From NCBI GenBank assembly GCA_964551625.1, contig CAZKDW010000001.1, positions 13,115 to 40,823 of the forward strand: DNA of 27,709 nt, given 5' to 3'. Source of the stretch: an uncultured Thermotogae bacterium. GTDB lineage: Bacteria; Bipolaricaulota; Bipolaricaulia; UBA7950; UBA9294. Made by a program: the position numbers and the translations under genes. The first letter of the stretch is position 1. The number at the start of each line of letters is the position of its first letter. Positions 8,968 to 17,009 of this stretch are shown here, in pieces. Below the pieces are notes generated by a model. The model was not told the DNA's origin and made no database searches. It saw nothing but the letters and a program-made list of their open reading frames with translations.

Positions 8968-10185
8968 CTATCGGCCAGTGTACGGGAAGTGCGGCAATGC
9001 TGTGGCGAACTCGAACGGCCACAGAATTTGCTGCGAACCATCCTGCCACTGGAGGATCTTCTGCCCCTGGAATCCCTGGTGCTCGATCAGGTTCGAAGGA
9101 GTGAACGTCAGAGTTTCGCCAAGCGGCGAATCATACGACGTCTCTTCCAAGGCGGCAATTAGTGCCTCTTTCTCCAACGTGCCAGCGCGGGTGATAGCTT
9201 CTGCGACAACATACACGTTCGTATAGCCAAGCGGTGCAAAATACGTCGCCGGCTCTTCTTCGTGCATCTCGATGTATGCATTCCAGAAATGGTCGCTGAC
9301 CGGGCTGATATTCCTCATCGACGGCGCCCACATGCCATAGGCGACAACGCCTTCCGCTAGCGGGGATTCGCCGAAGTCAGCTGGCCAGCCAGGAGGGGAC
9401 CCAACAAACAATGAAGGAGCAAAGCCAATCTCGCGCGCCTGCTCCATAATCGGAAGTGCGTCTGCGCCATATCCAACCCAGATGAAGATATCTGGATCGA
9501 TTTCCTGTGCGTGACGCAGGACGGAGCGATAGTCGCCACCACCAAACACAGCACTCTTGAACGACTCACCGACGTTGTCCCAGGCGTCATGGGCAACTAG
9601 ACTACCAGCGTATGATCCGCTCCCAAACGCGCCCTCTTCATAGGCCCAGAAAGCAGTTTTAATGTCGATCAGCGGATACTGTGCTGAAATGTCAGCCCAG
9701 CCCTGCACGTAACTGCCACCCTGAAGATAATCCCAGGGATGAAGGTGGAAGTACCAATCTTCACCTTCCATCGCTTCCTCAACGAGCGACGAGGCCGCGC
9801 CGGCCCAGACCGTAACCTTTTCATACTTCTTCAGCGTCGGGATTTCTCCAAGATGGACGCCGCTGCTCATTCCACCAATAAAGATGTCGACTTCATCGAC
9901 TGTTGCCAGTCTGTCGATCGCCGCCGCACCCTTGGCTGCATCGAATTCACTATCGATGACAATCAGTTCCAGCTGGCGTCCGAGGATACCGCCAGCCGCG
10001 TTAATCTCGGCGACTGCCAGTTCCATCGCTTTCGTACTCTGGGCACCTGTGATATCGCCGAGCGGATTGACCGCACCAAGCTTGATGGGGCCTTCCTGCG
10101 CAACCGCAATGAAGACCAAGCCGACAATCATGACGGCTGCAAGAATTCCTACCTTAAGAAATGATACTTTGCCTTTGGTACTCAC
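8968..10185 (-). CDS. HAAT/Liv-family (type I periplasmic) substrate-binding protein
   Basis: PIKLGAVNPLG, MELAVAEINAAGGILGRQLELIVID, AYTNVYVVAEAITRAG-like C-terminal helix. Signal peptide ending AVA-QE. GTG 10185 follows GGGAGG; ATG 10209 is an alternative start. Confidence 0.9.
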   Translation of the reverse strand: MSTKGKVSFLKVGILAAVMIVGLVFIAVAQEGPIKLGAVNPLGDITGAQSTKAMELAVAEINAAGGILGRQLELIVIDSEFDAAKGAAAIDRLATVDEVDIFIGGMSSGVHLGEIPTLKKYEKVTVWAGAASSLVEEAMEGEDWYFHLHPWDYLQGGSYVQGWADISAQYPLIDIKTAFWAYEEGAFGSGSYAGSLVAHDAWDNVGESFKSAVFGGGDYRSVLRHAQEIDPDIFIWVGYGADALPIMEQAREIGFAPSLFVGSPPGWPADFGESPLAEGVVAYGMWAPSMRNISPVSDHFWNAYIEMHEEEPATYFAPLGYTNVYVVAEAITRAGTLEKEALIAALEETSYDSPLGETLTFTPSNLIEHQGFQGQKILQWQDGSQQILWPFEFATALPHFPYTGR

Positions 10186-10273
10186 TCTAACCTCCCTGAT
10201 ATTGTTCATTCAGTATTCGCCGAATTCGCCCGTTCGTTGCTAGGTATCACCTCCTGATAGGATTTGCAAAGTT

Positions 10274-11104
10274 TCACGACGGCATCTCGTCTGGCATCTT
10301 CGAATGCTTCAACAAGAATCCAACAACTACCGTCAGAAATTCTCCTGCTCGTTCAAGAAATGCTCCATGTCCTGCATTCGGCAACGTGATGAATTCGCAC
10401 TGCGGAATTGCATCGTACATTTCCTCCATCAACCGCACCGGAGTGATCATGTCATCGTCAGCACCGATCAGCAGCGTCGGCATGCTAAGACCATTCAGAT
10501 CCTCGTCAGACACTCGAAACCCCATGGTGCTCCGGCACAATCGGCCAAACCCATCGAACCATTCCTTGGTCAACAGCGACTTGAACATCGCTTGTCGCTC
10601 GTGCAGCATGTCAAGGTTCTTAGCGTAGAACTCCCTCGAATAGATGAACGGAACAGCCAACTGAAAGAAACGTTCGCCATCATTTAGATTAGCGGCCACT
10701 TCCCAGGCACGTCCGATCTCGGCCAGATGATTCGAGATGTAGTGATTTGCGTTGGCGAGAGTCAGCGTTCGCACGCGATCCGGATGGGCGACAGCTACTC
10801 GCTGTGCCACTTGGCCGCCGTACGATAGTCCAACCAAATGCGCGTTCGGCAGTTCGAGCGTGTCAAGCAATCCGATAACGTCCTGCACGTGAACGTCAAG
10901 GCGATATTCTCCGTTCGCCTTCTGCGAACGTCCTTGGTCTCGAAGATCAATAAGAATGAGTCTGACATGACGCGACAGCACTGGAATATGCTGCGCCCAG
11001 CTGGCCGTGTTCATCATGATTCCGCTCAATAGGACGACTGGGTCGCCTTTTCCGTGCTCCTCATAATAAATCTCAAGATCGTCGTTCGATCTAAATGTCG
11101 CCAT
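10274..11104 (-). CDS. Cytoplasmic alpha/beta hydrolase (PcaD/enol-lactonase-like esterase)
   Basis: DLRDQGRS, nucleophile elbow GLSYGG, GADDDMITP (acid), AGHG (His). No signal peptide. Confidence 0.88.
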   Translation of the reverse strand: MATFRSNDDLEIYYEEHGKGDPVVLLSGIMMNTASWAQHIPVLSRHVRLILIDLRDQGRSQKANGEYRLDVHVQDVIGLLDTLELPNAHLVGLSYGGQVAQRVAVAHPDRVRTLTLANANHYISNHLAEIGRAWEVAANLNDGERFFQLAVPFIYSREFYAKNLDMLHERQAMFKSLLTKEWFDGFGRLCRSTMGFRVSDEDLNGLSMPTLLIGADDDMITPVRLMEEMYDAIPQCEFITLPNAGHGAFLERAGEFLTVVVGFLLKHSKMPDEMPS

Positions 11105-11909
11105 ATTCGCCCACCTTCTGTTGCGTATCTTGCTGTCTTGTGGTCTTCAGTCGTCCGTCCGCCAGCTGCTCGCGCACCAAGTCCGCAAACGTACTGTCAG
11201 CAAAGCATTCGGAAAATCGGTCGGACTCCACACTCAGACCGGCTGCAAAGGGCAGGTGCTGCGATGCGTAGATCGCCTGTTTGGCGGCAGTGAACGCATG
11301 TGCGGAGATGGCCTTCGTTCGCTCGGCTAACGCTGAGGCTCGATTCTCGACGTCTGCGGAGGCAACCATCTCATGGATCAGCCCAGCGTTCAGTGCTTCG
11401 CGCGCTTTGTACAATCTTCCAGTGAGGATCATCTCGGTGGCTCTGCCGATGCCGATCACGCGTGGCAAACGCTGTGTTCCACCACCCCCGGGGATAATGC
11501 CAAGCTTCACCTCGGGTAGGCCGATCCGCGACGCATCACTCGCCACTCGCAGATCGCAGGCCAAGGCGAACTCCAGTCCACCACCGAAACACAATCCATC
11601 AATTGCTGCAATCAGCAACAATGGACTTGCCTCCATGAGGTTGAATAACCCTTGAATACGAACCGAGAAGTCACGCGCCTCAGCAGGAGACAGTTGAACC
11701 ATCTCAACTCCGTCCGCTCCGCCGATGAAATGCGTCTCGCCAGCACCCTGATAGACGATCGCGCGAGCACCAGACGCTTCAGCAACCTCAAGATGCCCCT
11801 GCAACTGCACGAGAGTCTCGGAGTCCAACGAATTTCGGTCTCCTGGACGATTGATGGTCACCCAATGGACATCATCCGCTTCGCGAATCACTAGGTTCGA
11901 GAATCCCAT
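11091..11909 (-). CDS. Enoyl-CoA hydratase (crotonase family)
   Basis: FIGGAD oxyanion loop, CFGGGLE and LPEVKLGIIPGGGGTQRL with both catalytic Glu present. ATG 11909, or GTG 11948 overlapping the upstream stop. Confidence 0.92.
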   Translation of the reverse strand: MGFSNLVIREADDVHWVTINRPGDRNSLDSETLVQLQGHLEVAEASGARAIVYQGAGETHFIGGADGVEMVQLSPAEARDFSVRIQGLFNLMEASPLLLIAAIDGLCFGGGLEFALACDLRVASDASRIGLPEVKLGIIPGGGGTQRLPRVIGIGRATEMILTGRLYKAREALNAGLIHEMVASADVENRASALAERTKAISAHAFTAAKQAIYASQHLPFAAGLSVESDRFSECFADSTFADLVREQLADGRLKTTRQQDTQQKVGEYGDI

Positions 11910-11947
11910 GCTTACTCGATGTCCTTCGCCCCGGTGTCTCTCGTCCA

Positions 11948-12718
11948 CTAGATCACCAAGCCTCCATTCGGACTGAGCACCTGTCCGGTGAAGAAGTCAG
12001 CTCCTGGACTGGCCAGAAACCAGATGAGTTCGGCGATCTCTTGCGGCAATGCAAATCGCTTCAGCGGAGTCCGTCGCACAATTTGCTCCTTGAACCGGTC
12101 ATCCATTGCATCAAGCAGTGGCGTTTGTACATATCCCGGGGCAACCGCGTTGACTCGCAAGTTGTACCGTGCCACTTCCCGGGCAAGCGTCTTGGTCAGC
12201 TGGACCACGCCCGCCTTGCTTGCACTGTAGTGAAGTGCTCCAGGAGTCGGCATAAGCGCCGAGACTGAGCTAAGGTTGACGATCCGGCCGCATTTATATC
12301 CCTTCATCCAACGCACCGCTTCACGACAGCAGTAGAACGTACCGCTCAGAGTGACGCTGATCATTCGATCCCATTGGTCGTCAGTCATGTCTTCTATGAA
12401 CGTTGCCGCATCGAGAATACCCACACTGTTCACTAGGAGATCAAGCCGCTCGCAGCGATCCTGGAGGATGCCGAACAGCGCAGCGACCTGCATGCTGTCC
12501 GAGACGTCAGTTCGATACGCCTCCGCCTTGCCTCCGTCGCGCACAATCTCCGCAGCAACTTGTTTCGTGCACTCAAGATCTACATCGGCAATGAAGACGC
12601 GCACGCCGTCGCTAGCCAGTCTCATGGCCACCGCACGCCCGATTCCTGATGCGCCACCAGTCACTAGGGCGGTTTCGCAGATGTAGGTCTTCGTCACTTC
12701 CTTCATTTCCGACATCAC
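11948..12718 (-). CDS. Classical SDR oxidoreductase (FabG-like, predicted NAD(H)-preferring)
   Basis: TGGASGIG, IADVD (acidic residue at the end of beta2), NSVG, LSS, YSASK, VNAVAPG, DGG-like NGG tail. Confidence 0.9.
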   Translation of the reverse strand: MMSEMKEVTKTYICETALVTGGASGIGRAVAMRLASDGVRVFIADVDLECTKQVAAEIVRDGGKAEAYRTDVSDSMQVAALFGILQDRCERLDLLVNSVGILDAATFIEDMTDDQWDRMISVTLSGTFYCCREAVRWMKGYKCGRIVNLSSVSALMPTPGALHYSASKAGVVQLTKTLAREVARYNLRVNAVAPGYVQTPLLDAMDDRFKEQIVRRTPLKRFALPQEIAELIWFLASPGADFFTGQVLSPNGGLVI

Positions 12719-13464
12719 GCCTCCAGGAACCTGTTGTACGCTTTCTTCGACTGCGCTGTTGGGAAGATGACGAACGGTTCCTTCCCCATCTGCTCAATCG
12801 TTCCTTCGGCCACGTCCTCGGCAGAGTCCATGTGCCCGCGTAGCCGATCAGCGACTTGGCTCATCGCCTCAGCGCCAACTCCGACTCCGAAGAACCCGGT
12901 ATCCGTCAAATGTGGGCACACGACCTGGACGGAAATGTCTGAGTCCTCAAGTTCTCGTCGAAGCCCTCGACTCATTCCTACCACCGCATGTTTGGCTGCC
13001 AGATAGGCCGAAACGTTCGGTGCGTGAGCAATCAATCCACCAGTGGAAGCAATGTTGACGATCATCCCATGCCCAGCATCCCTCATCGCGGGAAGCACCT
13101 GCTGAGTCATCCGGAAGACTGCGATGACGTTCACATCGAATAATGAGCGCAGATCGGACTCCTCTATTTCGTTGAACGGCGCATAAAGTCCGAATCCCGC
13201 GTTGTTGATCAGAACATCGATCCGCCCCCACTCATTAAGGACATGCTCGACGAGTTGTCGACGTTCGTCGTCGTTACTCACGTCACACGGGATCGTCAAG
13301 GTCTCACCCGCACATGAACCAGCAACCTTGGCCAACTGCTCGGCGCGACGCGCGGCGAGAACCACGCGAGCCCCTCGTTTCGAACAGGCGACAGCCAGTG
13401 CGGCACCAATCCCGGAACTGGCTCCGGTGATGATCACGGTTTTCTCCGTCAATCGATTCGTCAT
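12715..13464 (-). CDS. Classical SDR oxidoreductase (predicted NADP(H)-preferring)
   Basis: TGASSGIG, AARR, NNAG, IAS, YLAAK. ATG 13464, or GTG 13470. Confidence 0.88.
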   Translation of the reverse strand: MTNRLTEKTVIITGASSGIGAALAVACSKRGARVVLAARRAEQLAKVAGSCAGETLTIPCDVSNDDERRQLVEHVLNEWGRIDVLINNAGFGLYAPFNEIEESDLRSLFDVNVIAVFRMTQQVLPAMRDAGHGMIVNIASTGGLIAHAPNVSAYLAAKHAVVGMSRGLRRELEDSDISVQVVCPHLTDTGFFGVGVGAEAMSQVADRLRGHMDSAEDVAEGTIEQMGKEPFVIFPTAQSKKAYNRFLEA

Positions 13465-13491
13465 CCGCACCTTCCGCCTCGGTTCATGCTC

Positions 13492-14772
13492 CTAGAATCC
13501 ACCGTATGCCTCACGCTCCCATTCCATCTCGGCGTTGGAGTAGAGCTCGTACGTCCCTGCTCCGAATACGCTGTTCAACGCCTGAGCTGTCGGCTCATCC
13601 GATGCCTCAGCGAACGCAGCGATAAGCTGCATCGTTTCAGCCGGATGATGAATCGGAAAGCCATGGTCGTAGCCATGGTCTGCATGAAGCATGACCGCGG
13701 TCACCGTCGCGCCCGCGCGTCGCAAGTCGTACTTGGTGTTCTTCGTGATGGAGTCATCGATGACCAGATCGCCCCGCCATGAGGTTCGATCCGTCTGTGC
13801 CTTGACCAGAAGAACCCGCTTCCCTTCGAAGGCTGCCGTTCGATCTGCCCCTGGGATCGAGACTGAGGTCCCGTCACGATTCGTGTGTTGAAGGATGCTG
13901 GAAGTCGCATTGAAGCGATGGCTCGCATACAACGATTCAGGCATGTAGACGGTGGACAACACATCCTCGATTGCGTTCAAGTACCCCGAATTGTCCAAGT
14001 ATGTTGGTTCTTTGGCGATCCCTAGCAGCGGATCGAATTTGAGCACATCGTTAAAGACAACCATGTTCCAAATGACGGACGCATTCTTGGCGGTGCGATT
14101 CTCTCCACCCCATGATCTCTGATGAAAGGCGACTGCAGATTGCGAGTCAGCCCAGTCTCCAGTGCTGTACGACAACCCAGTCTCTGGATCGTCGCCGACC
14201 GTGTTACCGGCGAATAGCACACGAACACCGCGCGTTCCAATACCGGCAAGAGAAACGATGCCTGAATACTTTGAGGGATCGAGGTCAACCATCAATTGAG
14301 CCACACCGAATCCCATCGAGTGGCCGACAAGAGTGATGTTCCCGGCCTGTAGAAGCGGATCAGTTTGAACGATATCGGCGAAGTCTCGGGCAAAATCATC
14401 AAGGGATTCAATCGGATGCACATAGGTGGAGCCACCACTGCCACGGTAGTCAAAGGCGTAGAACGTGTATGCTTCTCGAATCTCCTTGGTCGCTTCTACG
14501 AGCGCAAGAAGAGGTTCGAAGCTACGCCCGGAGCAGTTGTTGCCAGCAAGAAGCACCACAGGCGAGGGCCCGCAACCGGCCATCCTCACATGAATCGTCT
14601 CGCCACTACTCACCTGAAACAGCTGGGCCTCCTTCGATTCCTGTACATCCTGTCGCCCGCATGACGCAAGAAGAACCGCGCACAGCAGTCCGGCCGCTAG
14701 GACTCTACCATACTGCCTTTGCGAGGGCACTCTCGGCATGTTGTTCATCCATTCAACGATCCTTCGCTTCAC
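13492..14772 (-). CDS. Predicted lipoprotein alpha/beta hydrolase (esterase/depolymerase-like)
   Basis: Basic n-region, hydrophobic stretch and lipobox LLAS-C (Cys codon 14659-14661). DYRGSGGS, GHSMG (14311-14325), GDLVI, DHG. The start could also be ATG 14748 or 14739. Confidence 0.82.
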   Translation of the reverse strand: MKRRIVEWMNNMPRVPSQRQYGRVLAAGLLCAVLLASCGRQDVQESKEAQLFQVSSGETIHVRMAGCGPSPVVLLAGNNCSGRSFEPLLALVEATKEIREAYTFYAFDYRGSGGSTYVHPIESLDDFARDFADIVQTDPLLQAGNITLVGHSMGFGVAQLMVDLDPSKYSGIVSLAGIGTRGVRVLFAGNTVGDDPETGLSYSTGDWADSQSAVAFHQRSWGGENRTAKNASVIWNMVVFNDVLKFDPLLGIAKEPTYLDNSGYLNAIEDVLSTVYMPESLYASHRFNATSSILQHTNRDGTSVSIPGADRTAAFEGKRVLLVKAQTDRTSWRGDLVIDDSITKNTKYDLRRAGATVTAVMLHADHGYDHGFPIHHPAETMQLIAAFAEASDEPTAQALNSVFGAGTYELYSNAEMEWEREAYGGF

Positions 14773-15510
14773 CTACGTGATCAGACCGCCGTCGACGCTC
14801 AGCACAGCACCATGAACGAATGCCGCTTCGTCGGACGCGAAGAAGAGGTAGATGTTGGCGACATCGCGCGCACTACCTAGGCGTCCAAGTGGCGTTTTGC
14901 TACGCATCAAATCGAGCACCTTCTCTGGCACGCCTTCAGTCATTTCTGTTTGAATGAATCCCGGGGCAACTGCATTCACGTTGATCCCCTTCTTTCCCAA
15001 TTCACGTGCCCAGACCTTGGTCATACCAATGACGCCCGCTTTGGTAGCAGCGTAATTCGTCTGTCCAAAATTGCCATATAGCCCGACAACTGACGACACA
15101 TTGATGATTCGACCGCTGCCCTGCTCAATCATGTGCGGGACCACTGCTTGGGTTGTGTTGAATGTCCCCTTCAAGTTGACATCTACGACCAGATCGAAGT
15201 CAGCTTCTGTCAGCTTGACAAGTTGGCCATCGCGAACGATGCCTGCGTTGTTCACCAAGATGTCAATTCGTCCGAATTCCTTCACTGCCGAGCTAGCCAT
15301 CGCTTGACACGTTTCTCGATCAGTGACATCCGTTCGAATGAACAGCGCCTTGCCGCCACCGGCCACAATCTCCGCAGCGACTGTCTCAGCATGGCTATCC
15401 ACGTCAGCCACGACAATCTTGGCACCCTCGCTGGCGAACAACAGTGCCGCTTCTCGACCAATTCCCCGGCCTGCTCCAGTAATAACGGCAACTTTCCCCT
15501 CTAAACGCAT
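14773..15510 (-). CDS. fabG: 3-oxoacyl-(ACP/CoA) reductase, FabG/PhaB-like SDR
   Basis: TGAGRGIG, VADVD, NNAGIVRD, SSVVGLYGNFGQTNYAATKAGVIGMTK, VNAVAPGFIQTEM, SVDGG. ATG 15510 follows GGAGGAG. It may act on CoA esters rather than ACP. Confidence 0.88.
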   Translation of the reverse strand: MRLEGKVAVITGAGRGIGREAALLFASEGAKIVVADVDSHAETVAAEIVAGGGKALFIRTDVTDRETCQAMASSAVKEFGRIDILVNNAGIVRDGQLVKLTEADFDLVVDVNLKGTFNTTQAVVPHMIEQGSGRIINVSSVVGLYGNFGQTNYAATKAGVIGMTKVWARELGKKGINVNAVAPGFIQTEMTEGVPEKVLDLMRSKTPLGRLGSARDVANIYLFFASDEAAFVHGAVLSVDGGLIT

Positions 15511-15526
15511 ACGCAACTCCTCCCTT

Positions 15527-16546
15527 CTAAACCCATCGGAACAGCGCCGTTGATAGAACGAAGCCCGCTCCCGATGTACAGAACGCCACCAGATCTCCTG
15601 AAACGATTCGGCCTTGCTCAAGCGCGTCATATAGCGCCATGAACACCGACGCAGAACCGGCGTACCCGAACCGATCGGCTACCCAGTGTGTTTTCTCCAT
15701 CGACAAACCCAGCTTTTCCAGCGTTGCTGTTACAGTTCCTAGTTCAACCTGATTCATCAGAACCAGCTTTAGTTCGTCGGGTGTATGGCCAACCGCCGCC
15801 ATCGTCTTGCGCAGCAGGTCAGGCCAGCGCGCAATATTGAAGTCAGCCGGGACGCGATGTGCGTTTTCGTGAAATCGAAGATACTGTTGCCCCGTCTCGA
15901 TCATGTCTGCAGTTGGCGGCCGGCCGGTCCCAAGATAGATACCGTACGTGTCCCAATAGCTCCCTTCAGTCAGCATCTTGGAGGAGAGGTAGCCATCCTC
16001 CTCCGACGGAGAAAGAACAACGGCTCCGGCACCGTCACTGAACAGCATTGAGAGAACCTTGGACGCGGATTCGCTGTAGGGTCTCCAGTCAAGCCATTTC
16101 GTCATTCCGTATGCCCCAATAACCATGACGTGATTAATCGCCGGATCGAGTGCGATATAGTGAGATCCGATTGCCAATGCTATTGTCTCATCAGTACATG
16201 CAGCGTTAATGTCAAACACTCCTGCATTCGTTGCGCCCAACTTGTGCTGGATTACCGCTGATGTCGGTGGACTGATGAAGTCCGGGGTGTCCGTGGCAAG
16301 GATGATCAGATCAAGGTCATCAGGCGTCAGCCCCGCACGTTCTAATGCTTCGCGGGCCGCGTGAACCGCCATGTCAGATGTTGCTTCATCTGCGGCAGCA
16401 CGATAGCGAACGCCGATTCCCTTGCCGTCAAGATATGACTCGACGTCGTAGTTCATCATTTCGCCCAGTTCTGCGTTCGTAATCCTCTCTTGAGGAAGAT
16501 ACATTCCCACGCCTGAGATTCTTGCGGCTCTGATCTGCTTCTCCAT
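15527..16546 (-). CDS. KAS III (FabH)-fold protein with non-canonical active site
   Basis: ISGVGMYLP, ATDTPDFISP, DINAAC (Cys117), LFSDGAGAVVL, FCTSGAG. The HQAN site reads NQVE and the GNTS site reads GYAG. Confidence 0.85.
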   Translation of the reverse strand: MEKQIRAARISGVGMYLPQERITNAELGEMMNYDVESYLDGKGIGVRYRAAADEATSDMAVHAAREALERAGLTPDDLDLIILATDTPDFISPPTSAVIQHKLGATNAGVFDINAACTDETIALAIGSHYIALDPAINHVMVIGAYGMTKWLDWRPYSESASKVLSMLFSDGAGAVVLSPSEEDGYLSSKMLTEGSYWDTYGIYLGTGRPPTADMIETGQQYLRFHENAHRVPADFNIARWPDLLRKTMAAVGHTPDELKLVLMNQVELGTVTATLEKLGLSMEKTHWVADRFGYAGSASVFMALYDALEQGRIVSGDLVAFCTSGAGFVLSTALFRWV

Positions 16547-16548
16547 AC

Positions 16549-16998
16549 CTATTCAGTCCTCTCTTCGGCTAGAATCACGGTCGCTCGTCCATCTCGAAGA
16601 ACCTCAGGGCGAGGTTCAAGCCTCATACCTACCTGAATTGCATCAGCGGGAATACCACGGATCCATCCCATAACACGAAGTCCGTTGTCCATTTCCACAA
16701 TGCCCACTGGAGAAGGCTGATACGCGTACGATGAACATGGCGCGGTTCTCGACAAGTCCGGTGTGAAATGCTCTGGGGTGACGAACACGGTGGTGTATGA
16801 CAGCAACCGTCCCGTACCAGTTACGCACACCCATCCGAACTCAGTACCGAAACAATCGGGGCAGTCGCTCCGAGGCGGGTACTGGATCTTCCCACACGTC
16901 TCACATTTGGAGCCGAGCAGCTCTCCCCGTTCGAGACCATCCACAAATCCGCTGACCTTTGTATCTTGAACCAATAAACTGAAGTCTTTGAATTCCAT
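16549..16998 (-). CDS. DUF35 Zn-ribbon/OB-fold protein (thiolase partner)
   Basis: CETCG...YPPRSDCPDC, GTGRLLSYTTV, VGIVEMDNG. ATG 16998 follows GGGAGG; GTG 17004 is an alternative start. Confidence 0.92.
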   Translation of the reverse strand: MEFKDFSLLVQDTKVSGFVDGLERGELLGSKCETCGKIQYPPRSDCPDCFGTEFGWVCVTGTGRLLSYTTVFVTPEHFTPDLSRTAPCSSYAYQPSPVGIVEMDNGLRVMGWIRGIPADAIQVGMRLEPRPEVLRDGRATVILAEERTE

Positions 16999-17009
16999 TC
17001 CCACCTCCC

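Noticed and set aside
15511-15630. 40-aa N-terminal extension of FabG in the ORF track
   Set aside because: Overlaps the KAS III-like gene; ATG 15510 has a strong GGAGGAG RBS and gives a normal SDR length.
15527-16546. Calling this gene fabH or HMG-CoA synthase (mevalonate pathway)
   Set aside because: The His and Asn of both families are missing, there is no HMGCS Glu motif, and no other mevalonate genes are in the window.
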